64,000 nt of DNA, taken from assembly GCA_003693705.1 (NCBI GenBank), contig RBZT01000373.1, forward strand, positions 67,861 through 131,860, written 5' to 3'. Below are positions 51,630 through 64,000 of the stretch, in pieces; position 1 is the stretch's first letter; each line of letters opens with the position of its first letter. This DNA is from Polymyxa betae A26-41 (lineage: Eukaryota; Protista; Endomyxa: Phytomyxea). Under the pieces are notes generated by a model, which did not search any database, had not been told where the DNA came from, and saw only the letters and a list, made by a program, of their open reading frames with translations. Both the position numbers and the translations under genes were made by a program.

Positions 51630-52569
51630 TTATCGTTTAAGGGCATTGAGTCGTTCTTCGAGCTCGTTATCGACCTGCTGTTCTTGAACAGCGGGCTGTT
51701 TCTGTGCAGTGACCAAAGACTGGTTAAGATTGATGCCGATTTCGTCCAGAACCTGACCGACGATCGCCTCTTCTTCCTGCTCATCTTCCTGGTCGGCTAG
51801 CGTGTCATCTATGGCGTCAGTAAGCATCTCTTGCTTCATCTCCATCTGATCGGTCTGCTTGGCGAATTCCATCATGATTTTTTGCATTTGTGGTAGCTTG
51901 ATCTGAACCGATTCAGGAGCTGTTCTCACAAAACAACCAGATCTACCTGTTGGCTCATAACGTTCATACTTCTGGTGACTTTAGCCATGGATTCGGACAG
52001 CATCGCCGTCGATGACACCTCCGTCATCTGCAGCGAAATCGCCCGAAGCTGAGCGACCATGTTCAGAAATTTCTCTTGATGCTTGCGGATCCGAACGAGA
52101 TCCTTTGCCATGATCCGGACTGATTTCTATAAAGTCGGCACATGTTAGCATGTACAGCAACGATTTCATTTTAACAGATAAGAAAGCACAAAGAAGGTTT
52201 CCAGTAAATGCCATAAAAATGATTTCACACATTCCGAATTTCTGGAGTTCACCCAGATCTCAGATCAGTTAGAGCGAAAATAACTTTTTGGGTAAAAACA
52301 AAATAGAAATATCAAGAAACAAACAAAAATGATGCCAACATCTTGGCGTTTCTTCGCCATATTCTTCATTTCCATAATCAGTTTCTGTTCTTGCCTTTCC
52401 ATGGCGACACGCTCACGATCTAGACTGCGAATGGTTTTATCAACAGCCCTTTTCTGCTCCCTGACGATCTCTAAAGCAGTCGCAGATCAGCCATCAACGA
52501 AACTGAGCGAACCCATGCTATATCCAGTAAACCTTTTGTTGTCTTCCGTTTCCCGAATAAGCCCATCAT
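51630..52569 (-). CDS. VPS2: ESCRT-III subunit VPS2/CHMP2
   Basis: MMGLFGKRKT/EIVREQKRAVDKTIRSLDRER..., MAKDLVRIR, IKLPQMQKIMMEF, QVLDEIGI, C-terminal MIM ELEERLNALKR. Confidence 0.95.
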
Positions 52570-53089
52570 AGTGACAGCAAATGCTTAAGACAGCAGCCAA
52601 AGCTATTATTGATGCTTTATCTAACCAGAGTATGATTGATAACAGCCAGTGATCGTATTGAAGACCAAAGTTTCCCAACGTGGATAGGAATCAAGGAAGG
52701 CAGCTGTGATGAACACGCAGCGGAATTAAAACAAGTCGCAGCCCAACTGGCTGTTCAACTCTGGATGTTTCTTCTCAACTGAGCGAAACATCTCTGACCT
52801 CTGCGATATTATTATGATCACGCCAGAAGGAATGCCTTCTTACACATATCCTTGGTTTCGGATCCCATCTGTGTTTATTAAGCTTGTATGACAAACACAT
52901 TTTACTTCGGAATTAATTGAAGTTTCGATTGCAACCGCCAGTGCAACCACCAGCGGTTTGAAATATCACCAATGCTCGGTTCCATATGGAATAGAGTGAC
53001 TGTAAAGATAGATGTGCTTCTCAAAAGCCGATGTCGCAGGAGTTAGAATGTGCCAAATGTTATGATCAGTGAAGGTACTAGGATGCCAT

Positions 53090-54911
53090 TTATGCTCTAG
53101 TCGTGACATGTATGGCGTCAAGAATCTCTGGGAGTTGAGCTATATATGTATGATGACCTTCGACCACAGCTGATAAGTCCACGTTCTCAATCGTCTCTAA
53201 ATCGACAGGCTGCAGGCCAGATACGGTTAGGCTTGGTGATGCTGTTCGAAATATTAACTTCAGTACCTAAACAGTCCAACAATCAGATTTTAACTCTGAG
53301 TATTGCCGGACAGTTCTTCCAACCAGATCCGATTTGCTATAACCGTTGACAAGCCGGCCAGCGACTACTGATTTCATTTGAAGCCATTTCTGAGGGTCCG
53401 CTGATGTTGGGGAGCCCAATAGAAAAGCATCCTGAACAATACCTTTACCATCTTCCCTGCGTTCCGATAATTCCAGCAAAGCTCTGTATATCATCCGGGC
53501 GCCAACTACAGACAAAATAAAAAAAAAAGCATTGTTGGAGTATATCGGTTTACCGCTATAGCCTATTAAAGTTACAGGGCGTCGCCCATGCGGTCGCGAT
53601 AGCAATGCATCAGCAAGAATTATGCCAGCTTTATCAGCTCTAGATGTTGCGATAGACCATGGGTTGTCGATCAAATACGAAGCGGTGATGAACGCACTGG
53701 GCCATGCTAAAGCGCTCATCACGCCAATTAAAAGAGTTTGCTTCAGGGTTTCCTGGAAAACTGCCGAACCCAGTTGGTACTTGGCGAAATTCTCTTAAAC
53801 AATTTCAGAGACAGAATAACTACAACGAAAATATGTTTACTTATTCCATTTCCAGTATTGATGAGTGCTTCAGTTTCCCATTTGAGAATATACCTTTCAC
53901 TAGAAAATTCTTGCTCAGATAAAGACGACCAGACGTCATGATATTCTGCACTTTCCAGCATACCTAAAGAGTATTAGCAACAAACCTTCAAACGATTTTC
54001 TTGTAACCTGAGACGCAGATTGTCACCATCAGAGATGAGTGAGCATTATCGTTCTGAAACAGCGGCACGAATTCAAATTCGCGAATATCTCGAACCCGAT
54101 TGTTCATTTTGTAGCCTGCCAGGCCGCCTCCTGTAGCTCCGAACAAAGCGGAAACCAACGCCGTTCCGGTGACAGAACTGACAAACGCTCCGACTCCAGT
54201 ACCGGCACCTACCGCCATAAGTCCTGCTCCTAAAGCAGGCGCAGCGATCCCAGCAGTAACCATGAACAATGAAGACGATACTACGACAGCAGCGCCGATT
54301 TTGGCATACCGTTTGAATTTTGAGGAGCGTTTACTGGAGCTTGATAGATTCGCTGCTAGAGAATTACGTTCAATTGCCGAAATCAAAGCACCTTCTTCGG
54401 CCACCATCCACTTCCACGATAGACCAAAAAGGAAGCATAACGACATCAGCATGACGCGAATACGAGCGTCGTATGCTTGAAATGTTGAAGCCGAAAACAG
54501 TAGCAGTGTGGCCAGAAGCCGGCATCGATCGTCGGTATTCAGTTCCATATCATCAAGAAAAGGTTTCGGATTGATTCGCCCTGACTGCAGCAAAGGTTCA
54601 AATTCGAAGACTTCAAGCTCAAGAAACGAGCTCAGCTCTGAGAAGAAACCCATCGAAAACTCAATATTGTCAGAATCGTTCGGTAATAGACACGCCACAA
54701 TTGCAGCCAGACATCGCTTCTGCTCGACAGACAAAAACGTTCTTAGCCAAGCTATATCATACTCAAAACAGGCAGAAGTTGAGGCTGGTGATGAAGGCAT
54801 GACAAGCGGCGCCGGTAGCGTTGCCAGACGCTGGCTGCGTCTGCGAGGCGGGGTCCATTCGCCAGTCTGTACCAGGGCAGCGGCATCTTCGGGGTCGATG
54901 TCGTCATTCAT
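53090..54911 (-). CDS. TMCO4: TMCO4/DUF726 family alpha/beta-hydrolase-like protein
   Basis: YDARIRV, LFGATGGGLAGYKM, IDNPWS..RADKAG, GRRPVTLIGYS/VGARMI, VVAGRLVNGYS, IENVDLSAVVEGH. Confidence 0.88.
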
Positions 54912-55778
54912 GTGCAACGCATGAGATCTGTACCAGAGACGATCTTGGCAGAATCCACGAACAGGAATGAAATAAAACAATGAAAGAGAAATGAGCTCAT
55001 CTGTGATCAGGATGTGGGGCACGATACGACATTAGTAACGAAACACAGTCATGTCTTAAGCCTTTTTTAAATTGGCTTTACATCATAGCTGAGCGATTCA
55101 AATGGGTATTGCCAGGGCTGTGAACGTCTCTGATTGGCCCAACAAGTTTCGATGTCATCTGGGTTGAGCCGGACGAAGCCTCAGAAACTGAGCTGGGTTT
55201 GTCGTCATGTAGAGTAGGAATGCCCTGGAGAAAACCGACTCACAATCTCTTGTCGTCAAAGTGGCTCCAAACACGGAATAGGCTGGACGTCACTCTTCTA
55301 CCCTTCTTATCCGTTTAAGGTCGTTTGAACCACTTCGCCCGCTGTTAATCTCTTGCATCATAACATTGGTCTTCCCAAAACCATCGTCGGAGCGGGGGTT
55401 TCAATCATACATGCTGTTCTTAAAGATTAGGCGATTCTTAGCAGTATCAGGCCGAATTCCAGCGGTTGTTGATGTAGTACATGCTGCAGAGTTTCAGAAG
55501 GACTTGTGTTCATATCCCTGACAATGATGGTGCCAGTAAGTTGTGCGTTATTCACTCGTAAATCCTATTCTCGAGCAGGTAACTTTACTGACATGAGTGC
55601 ATACATGACCGCTACGGTACAGTACGTAGAGATTGAGCAAACGACAAACGAGCTTCAAATACCGTAGATTCTTTCAAAATTATTATCCTCGGTACCGTTC
55701 CGTTACTCCCTGTATTATTTATCAAGACTATATTAATAATTTAAGACATTTCGCATATATCGTCGTCGTCCAGTGCAT

Positions 55779-58700
55779 CTAGTTGTCGCCAGTTCTGATG
55801 TCTTCAGAGAGAGGTTCAGATTTGGTGATTTTTTCCAAAGCCAAAATTGTCTGCTCTTCCATTTGCTTTTTGCGTATTTGAACCCATTTTGTACCGTTCG
55901 ATATTTTCACAAAAATCAACAATTGCACAATTAGTAAGACATGCTCAACCAATGCTGCAATAAAAAGCCTTTGCTCCCAAGTAAAACACGCAGGATTGGG
56001 TCGGAAACGTTTATCGGTTTCGTAGGCCGGTTGGCAATCAGAAAAGAACGCCTAGGAGAAATTAAGTTTTCAATTAAGAATCCAAATGTTTTTACTTCAA
56101 GGTGTCCTGTTGACAGACATATTAATGCTGTATTCACGACAGCGCTAATAACAGTTACGATCGTAAAGAACAAATCCCATTTGCCCAAGTTTGCAACCTT
56201 TCTTTGGACAGGACGCCTTGAGGCATAGCATAGTCTCATTAAATCGCCTTGTCACAAAATGTTATTTAAAGGAGTGCCCTAAGGTACAGCTTGGCATTTT
56301 TCAGTACCTCGAACTTCGTAAATATTATTGAAGAAGGCACACAACGGGATTAATGGCCAAACGACCGAGAACATCGTCACGTATCTAAAAACATTCCTAT
56401 AAAATATATTGACTGAAGCTGTTAAATAACTGACCCGAATTGCATGCACATATCATCCATATCGGAGAATGTGGAATAATGAGACTTCGAATGAACCCTG
56501 ATCTACAATTCACTTAAAACCAAAACGCAGATGCTACATTTGTATAATACTATGTCAACAAAGTTAGCCTGAGGATCATCATCGGTTCCACATGAGTTGT
56601 ACGCATGAAGACGGTAAGGGGCAGCATATTGAGAGAGTTCATTGGCAAGTTGAATAGCTTGATCCTGAACCTGTTGGGTTGGAGGCAAATTCCTTCTCCG
56701 CATTCTCTTAAAATTTGTTATGCGGTCGATCAAGATCGGGACAAAAGTTTCGATCAAGAAGTTTAACAGCTGCGTTACGATAAGAGCTTGACATCGATCA
56801 ATTAAGGATCAGGGACAGAATTGCAGGCAAATTCTTACGTGTAATGAAGGCATCTTGTAACTCTATTTTTGTTGGGTCGATATTAACTTGCAAATTGAAA
56901 TGCTCGTTAACGAACGCAGACCATTCATTGCCAAAAGGAACATATAGAAATGCAAGAAACCAAAACCAAGCGTACCTGCATTCAAATTAGAAAACAGCTG
57001 AATCTCTAAACAGAATTCAGACATATTAAGCCAATCAAAGATGAAGACTCTTCGCGTGTAAGCATCTTCAAATTGAGCTTCATATCTCAGGTTCATCTGA
57101 GTGGTAAACCATCGTGCCGTTGCTTTCAGCCATTCCCATTGGATAACCTATGTCATCGCCGTTAACGTTATGATCAAGTACAATATATTGTATTACGTCG
57201 ACTAGCAAGCCAAGAGCCGCGCCTTGAGCTACGATAGCCAGCCATCTCGTGAATCCATTGAAACAAACGGCAGAAGAGTTGGCTTCAGGAGTAGAACATG
57301 CAGGGACAGACTTTAAATAGATGTACAAATGTACGAAGAACCCTGAAGCACATTCAATGCTTACTGCTGTAATCGAGGCGCAAACGATGTCACCTGTGAG
57401 AGCAGCCATCAGCACAATTTGAGATATCGTGAATATTAGTAGAAGCAGAATCAACGGTAGCTTGCGTAGCATGCCGAGTCCTTGGTCATTCTCGATTTCA
57501 TACTCATCAGAGTCTCGTTTGCTATTGACATCGGTGGCGTTGTTCTGATTCTTAATTCAAGTCAAGAATAATGAGATTGCAAATTACCTGAAGATTCTTT
57601 GATCTTCTATTTCGGCAGCAGCCTCGAAATTCAGGATCGTATGATATCCATGGATAATCCCTTTCACTGCAGTTTGAAGTGCCCCAAATCTGCATCAGCA
57701 CGTCAATCTCGAGCGAGATGAATATAGTATCACTTACAAGATTGATTTCGTGATTCTTTCTTCTCCAGAATTTCATCATGAGAGGAGCCCATACAGCGCT
57801 AACTGCACAGCCAAAAAAAGCTAGAAGCCGGGTGTAGAAGGTTGTAGAGAAAATAAACTGTGTCAGATAAACAAGCACACCAATGATCACCGGAATTATT
57901 AGCCACCGCGAATAATGATCGACGAAAGCGAAATACAAAGCAATCTTTTCCCCGAAATGCATTCGAATCTCTAGAATAAAAAGCGTCACAACAAGTAGAG
58001 AAACATTGATGCAGCGCTTGCCATGAATGAAAAATTTGTTATCTATTAGACCCAGGTCCTCCTCAGCAACAGACCGACGTTCAGACATTGGCATTTGTAC
58101 TTCTGGCAGTCGAGGCATGACTGACATGTCGTTCTGCTTTTCTTGTGCTTTCTTAACATCAGGATTATCATCGCCTTCGCGAATCGTCTTCCACATTTGC
58201 ATCGTGCGTTTCTTGAGAACGCGCCATAGATTGAGCTAAACTGCTTCAGGTATAGCGGGTGAATACAAAATCGCTGCACCTTCTGAACGTATAGGCGAAG
58301 AAATTTTTTTCGAAAATTATCGCAGAACAGAGGTACGATAGCTTTAACATGGTTGTGGTTTTCTCGAACGCCAGCAGCATTGACGACGAGCTCGCCAATT
58401 TGGATCTTTTCAGCATAAGTCATGTAACCAACCGTGTCATTTTGGTTATCGTGATTATCGGGCTGGATTTCCAGGCCTCCGGAGCATCCTCCTGCAACCC
58501 ACCGTTCAATCTGCAGATCGCGTCCCATCGACTCTAAGGACGATCTCGATACACGTAATAGTAGAATCGTGTATCTTTCAGAGTCTTCGTTTACTGTATT
58601 ATCATACAGAACGTCGAGAGCAATGCCATGGTCAGTTAAGGATCGCACAGCTCGACGTAAATCACGAGCTGCGCCTTCAGCATCGGGGCCATTATCGAAG

Positions 58701-58927
58701 ACAATGGCGAAATCGAATTGATTGGTTTCCCGAACGGTGAACTTCGACATGCGAATAAACTGGATCTCTTCATTCGCCAACAAATCAAACTGTTTTTTTA
58801 AGGTCTCCACGATCTGAGTGGCCCGATCGGCGACGGTATGGGCCAAGCCTATCTCGGACCAACTTCGAATTTGGCGTCCGACACCGGCAGCCAGCGATTG
58901 CGCCGGCGCCGGCAAGCTGCCGATCAT
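55779..58927 (-). CDS. Anoctamin/TMEM16 family channel-scramblase (multi-exon)
   Basis: EIRMHFGEKIALYFAF, FWRRK, MCMQFG/YVTMFSVVWPLIPLCAFFNNIYEVR/GD, RRPVQRKVANLGKW. Confidence 0.9.
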
Positions 58928-59792
58928 GACGACCAAGAAGGAAGGGATGATATCATGAATGACGACGATAGTTATGTGTACAGATTGAAGGTAACATGAT
59001 GCCAGTCACTAAAAAAGTTTCATTCGAAATCCGGGATTTGATGGGCCGTGTCGGGTCGGCAATATCAGTGTTGGTGATGGTGGAGTGCAGTATGGAATAG
59101 GCTGTTGCCTGCCTTGCTTGACAAAGTGCAGCAAGACATGTTGAAATTGATATTCGAAATCTACGAAGAGTCAAGCTCTCATCTGACTTTGTATCAAAGG
59201 ACTCCATTTTACATATAATGGTGTATGTTATTTATAAATCTGGCTTCAAACGCTTACCGGTATTTGCGTGATGCTCAGATCAGAACTCCTTTCTGGATCT
59301 AGATTCGAATTGTTTAGTATGACATGATATTTGTAGAAAGGTTTCTCTAACTTACAGTCATCTGAAGATAAACGCAACTAAGACCGTGCCTTTGACAGTC
59401 ATTAACAATTTCACAAGACCAAGCGCGCTATTCAGGAATGTCAAGACGTCTGGTAGGGTTCTGCGGCGAGAGCTGCATCAGCGGGATTGTTCGGCATTCG
59501 TGGAGCAGCTAAGTTCTTCAATCACTTTGCCATTGCTGACCTTCATGAACGTTTTCCGAGGAAGAATAACAGAAGGCCAAGTGTTTATTTTAAACAGAAC
59601 CGTGATGCAAAATTGACCAGAATTTCCAAGGTGGCAAGATAGAGCGTTTGAGCAGAGTTATAAAATTATATCAAATCTCAAGAAATTTCACAAGTTGAAT
59701 GGGAATTCTCTAGTTCTGTCTACGACTTAATATAATTAGCATGCTACAATTATTTAGCAAAGTTGATCTAGAGGCGGATAATCACTAATCGA

Positions 59793-60993
59793 ATGTTGTC
59801 GTCAATCCCAGTCGTCATACTAACAGGCTTTCTGGGCGCCGGCAAGACCACCGTCCTTCGTTCAATTCTATCTCAGCTACCGCCAACCGCACGTCCAGTC
59901 TGGCTTAAGAACGAGTTTGGCGACTCGGCTATCGATTCGCGTCTCTCTTCAGGAGCTGTCGCCGTTCGGGAGATCGTCAATGGCTGTTTATGCTGTCAGC
60001 TTGTTGGGCAAATGACAGAGGCGTTGCTGGAACTGGTTTCTATGCAGCCGCCGCCTGATTATATCTTTATAGAGACTTCTGGATCTGCATATCCTGCACC
60101 AATTGCTATAGAGGTGCTTCGCTTACAGGTATCTTTCATTTATTGGGATTACAGGAAACATTTAAAACATCTTTAGGAGCAGGGCGTTCCTGTCAAAATT
60201 GCTTCGGTGTTATGTGTTATTGATTGTGAGAATTTCCCAGGGTCAGCTGTAGTGTTCAATAGTCATTTTTTCAGAAGCTGATTTTCTTTCAGGTATAAGG
60301 ACACGAGCTATACAGCGAAGTTGCAAGCGAAGTACACTGACCTGATTCTTCTCAACAAACACGAAGCTGTATCAGAGCATGCTTTAGATGCTGTTATCGA
60401 TCAGGTGCGGTTCGAGATCCTGCATCAACAATCTTTGTACTCATTTGTTTAGGTAGTTGAACTAAATCCAGACACGGCTCGCTTGAAGACCAGTCGTGGC
60501 AATGTTGATATCAATCTGGTGACAGAGGTTGCACATAATGAAGCGATGTTTGCTGACAAGTTTGGTGCTATGATTGAAACTGAACATCATTCTGCTGAGG
60601 TGATTCTGTTCATTTGGGATTTGTCTCTCTTCAATTAGTGTTTAGGTGGATGTATTAATGATGCAAAAAGGTCGACAATCGCCATTTTCAAAGACCTCCT
60701 TCGAGACGTTCCTCGCTTCTCTAGCAAAAGATACGTTCTACCGACTGAAAGGTTTTACCTGTGTCGAAAGATACTGGAACAGTAATTGACTATAGCTAGG
60801 GTTCATTTGGATGGATGATGGGTTGTACCTGGTAAACTTCGCGTTTGGCCGTTTTGAGTTCAAGAAAGTGGACGAATCCATTTCTGAACATTGTACAAAG
60901 TTGACCTTGATGGGCGTCGGTATTCGTTACCGAGCTGGGTTCCTCAGGAATGTGCTTGAATTGAAAGACGATGAGCTCCAAGTTTTAAAGTAA
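59793..60993 (+). CDS. CobW/COG0523 G3E-family metallochaperone GTPase (6 exons)
   Basis: PVVILTGFLGAGKTT, NEFG, NGCLCC, IETSGSAYP, QAKYTDLILLNK, YRLKG. Confidence 0.93.
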
Positions 60994-61084
60994 ATGTTTG
61001 CAATGTTTAAGATAGTCATGAATGCCGTTTAAAAACGTAATATGCTGTGCTCCCAAAACATAACTTTCAGAGAAGAGGATGTCG

Positions 61085-61651
61085 TTAGGCAGGTTGCAGC
61101 GGGCCCGTTCCCAACGCCTTCTTAATTTCGTCTTCGATCCCAGGATCTGAAGGTTTACCGGCCCATTTGACTAGACGAGAGCGGTTTAGAATTCTTTTAA
61201 GACTATCTAACCCAGAAATCATACGTTTACGGTCCTTATCGATTAGCAGAAGGAAGGGATGTTCAAACTGAATGCCGGCAGCAGAGCGAAGCTTGTCGCT
61301 GACATATTCGCCACGATTGGTGTCGATCGCCACTCGGAATGGCGTCTGATCGTGGAATTTCTGGCAAGACTCTTCGATGGCTTGGCGTGATTCTTCGAAG
61401 ATAGCCAACATGTGAAACTCGCTATTCTTATTAAACTGGTTGAAAATCTTATTCAGCCGATCCAAGCTATTAATGCATTCGTCGTGCTGCCTAAATACAG
61501 ATACGATCAATTACGAGCGACTGTTCATCTGTTACGAATTTAATACGCAAACCAAGGGAACCATCTGGCCAAGATTATGGAAAGGAATTTCCTCTCCTTT
61601 GATATATTCCAAGCCCTGAATCAGTGGAAGTCGAACGTTCATCGTCGACAT
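61085..61651 (-). CDS. TlpA/AhpC-TSA-like redoxin-fold protein lacking CxxC
   Basis: GLEYIKGEEI, FRQHDECINSLDRLN, FRVAIDT, PFLLLIDKD, KWAGKP. Confidence 0.6.
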
Positions 61652-62154
61652 CTTTCAAACAGACACCAAATAGATGAACGCATGGCTGCCGATCTTCAAA
61701 ATGCGCATTGCTGAAGGCTCTTCTTCTGAGACCAGTGCAAATATTTCTACTTTTGCTTTGATAAGGCCATCAAACCGGACCAAAGACACAGACTTCAATG
61801 GACATTCCAACAACGATCAGGATCGCATTATCCTCCTGTCGTGAGTTGGAAAGAATGGCTTTGTTCTGAAAGCTACAAGCACCACCCGTTGATCATAATT
61901 AACAAACTAGGAGATTCTATTCCATTACATTCCAATTGGAGAATTTAGCAGGAAAGTCTTCGAGATTCGATCGCCGGTGCAGGCACAATCACGGATTCGA
62001 CGAGGGAATAGCAGCACTCGTTCCTCGTCAAAACAGTTCACAAAAAATCTCACCAGGCGCTTATCCATTACTGATTACCTGTGAAGAAACAGTAGAAGAA
62101 CCTAGGAAGAACTGAGACGACCCTCGACCATTTAGCATGGTGTAAAGAAAATAA

Positions 62155-62238
62155 TGCACCAGACGGGATTCGAACCCGCGCCTTGCAAGCAAGATACGAA
62201 CCTGAATCGTACGTGTTAGATCACTCCACCACCGGTGC
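62155..62238 (-). tRNA. tRNA-Leu(CAG)
   Basis: GCACCGG/CTGGTGC acceptor stem, A73, anticodon arm TACGA-TTCAGGT-TCGTA, long variable arm, T arm GCGGG-TTCGAAT-CCCGT, downstream T-rich terminator. Confidence 0.93.
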
Positions 62239-63749
62239 AATTCTCTGTTGCTGTAGAATTAGTTGAACAGTATAGTTTGAGCGTCATTCTAAAGAACTTT
62301 TGAGTTTACTCCTTCCTTCTCTTTTTCTGCCAAGCAGGATGTCGACTTTGCACTTATATCACTATTTGTGCAGGTGGTTTCGTATTCTGAAGGCGGTTTT
62401 GAACATAAACATCTCTTCATTTCTGGCTGGAGTGAGACAGAACTGATATTGTTTCAAATTATTGTCCAATTGCTTCTGATGAGTTTTCGTAGTATTGTTA
62501 AGAATTAACGGTTAAGGTAGATATGCCTGGGTTATGGCTGCAATACGTTCAAGAATGCTGCATTATGTTCAGAAATCCTCTCTGAAGCTTGTGAATCCCA
62601 ATCTTACCGATGTACACTGATTAGAGGTGGAGAGAAAATTGTGAGGGTTTGTTCATTCCGGATCGTGTGAAGAGAATACAAATCGGAAATGCGAATTTGT
62701 CTCAAACTGGCAAACCGAAGTCACCTTGAGCAGCGATTGTCATCTGCACTAATTAACCAGCTTCCTCACGAACATAGAATCCATCGATACTCGCAAACGC
62801 TTTGAGATTTGGGGAAATAATAAAAAGGCCTTTTTTGAGATCTGGTTCAATGAAATGATTGGCTGAGCATGATATAGTTCAGACACAACGAAAACAGTTC
62901 CCGAACGAGGCGTCAACGGTTTGCGCTTCCCTTGTGATTGAATTCGAATTGTTCTTCATGATTTTGTGTATAAAGGCTTAATATTTGTTTCCACTAAAAG
63001 AAATAGTATCGGGATTATTTGTGTTTGCAAGGGCAAAACGTTGATGTTTCCATGATATTTTCTGCAGTTGTGCATTATAAATTGAAAGAATAAAAATTCC
63101 ATGCTTTTCGCGCCATTCTCTGGAACCATTATCAGAAACCACGACGATAAATTTTGGTCAGATACAGGATGTTTCGCCTTAACGTCCTGATTCAGCGATA
63201 AAGCAATCGAGCTGCTAACGGTCCGGTCGATTTCGGCTTCCAAATGACCGAGTTTTGTCACTTGACCAAGCACATAGCCAGTTGCTCAAACAATCTCAAT
63301 GATTTGCCAGCCGTCGATCCTATTTGTAGGATCAAGACAAACAATCATGTTGGAAATCATTATAGGTTACTATTCCAAAAAATGGGCATAATCGAATTGA
63401 CAATAATGAGCATTTAATTTCAATTTTAAAGAAATAATAGTCAAATCACGAAACAACGTAGAAAGGACATTTGGCTATTGCATTGATACCTTCGAATTTC
63501 GAGATATTTGGCTATCTCAATGATGCCATCAAATCTCGCAGCGCTTGAATAAATGGCATATTGCCAAGGGTCATGAAGATAACTGCAACGCCGTCCTGGT
63601 CGGTTCGCGGCCTTAACATATTAAGTGCCAGGTCTAAGAAGTGACGGGGACATGGGGTCTTGGGGCGACCCGGACACCCCATTCCTTACCGCCGCATTGG
63701 GCTCTCGTTACGATTACCTCAACATCAACGCTCGGCACTATTTCGAACA

Positions 63750-64000
63750 ATGGTGGCTGTTACTAAGAAGACTTATCTTTTCACCTCGGAGAGTGTCAAT
63801 GAAGGACACCCTGATAAGCTTGCCGACCGTGTCTCCGACAGCGTCCTAGACGCAGTCCTCACTGCCGACCCCAATGGCAAGGTTGCTTGTGAGACAGCCA
63901 CCAAGACCAACATGATTATGATCTTCGGTGAAATCTCCACGACCGCCAAGTTGAATCTGGAGCAAATCGTCCGGGATGCAGCCAAATCAATCGGTTATGA
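63750..64000 (+). CDS. MAT: S-adenosylmethionine synthetase (5' part, runs off the window)
   Basis: [64 protein letters not shown]. Confidence 0.97.
   Translation, partial: MVAVTKKTYLFTSESVNEGHPDKLADRVSDSVLDAVLTADPNGKVACETATKTNMIMIFGEISTTAKLNLEQIVRDAAKSIGY

Noticed and set aside
60128-60175. U12-like donor GTATCTTT in a CobW intron (also GTATCTTA in APC7)
   Set aside because: Mismatch to GTATCCTT and no TCCTTAAC branch point at the proper distance.
62300-63500. 105-aa ORF and AT-rich interval between the tRNA and MAT
   Set aside because: No recognisable motif, terminal repeats or splice structure.

Overview
Gene-dense eukaryotic nuclear DNA with mostly 40-60 bp GT-AG introns and tiny intergenic gaps. 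Flagellar genes (BBS1, CC2D2A, a dynein-type thioredoxin) and this architecture suggest a zoosporic protist, most plausibly a plasmodiophorid (Rhizaria); this taxon assignment is inference. About 33 protein-coding genes were reconstructed by hand-splicing, plus one tRNA-Leu(CAG). Recognisable genes: GRK-type kinase, IWR1, WDR18/IPI3, two paralogous TMX-type thioredoxins, a DMT transporter, an AAA ATPase, a 7TM-RGS protein, cytosolic HSP70, BBS1, APC7, CDC20, a PX-BAR sorting nexin, CC2D2A, a ZIP transporter, organellar TrpRS, an EF-hand protein, VPS2/CHMP2, TMCO4/DUF726, an anoctamin, a CobW/COG0523 GTPase and SAM synthetase. The most unusual items are: (i) a type-I membrane protein with GLG1-like Cys-rich repeats interrupted by a ~130-aa His-rich tract and ending in a YQRI sorting motif; (ii) a 6-exon MGCGSS-acylated protein made of tandem GST-like modules, only visible after splicing; (iii) a second TMX paralog absent from the ORF track, with a CGPC instead of CGHC site and imprecise intron loss; (iv) APC7 directly next to CDC20; (v) extreme gene packing, including overlapping stop codons; (vi) a recurrent 8-bp-periodic GGGGNCAT promoter element. 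Exon boundaries are manual predictions and no database searches were run.
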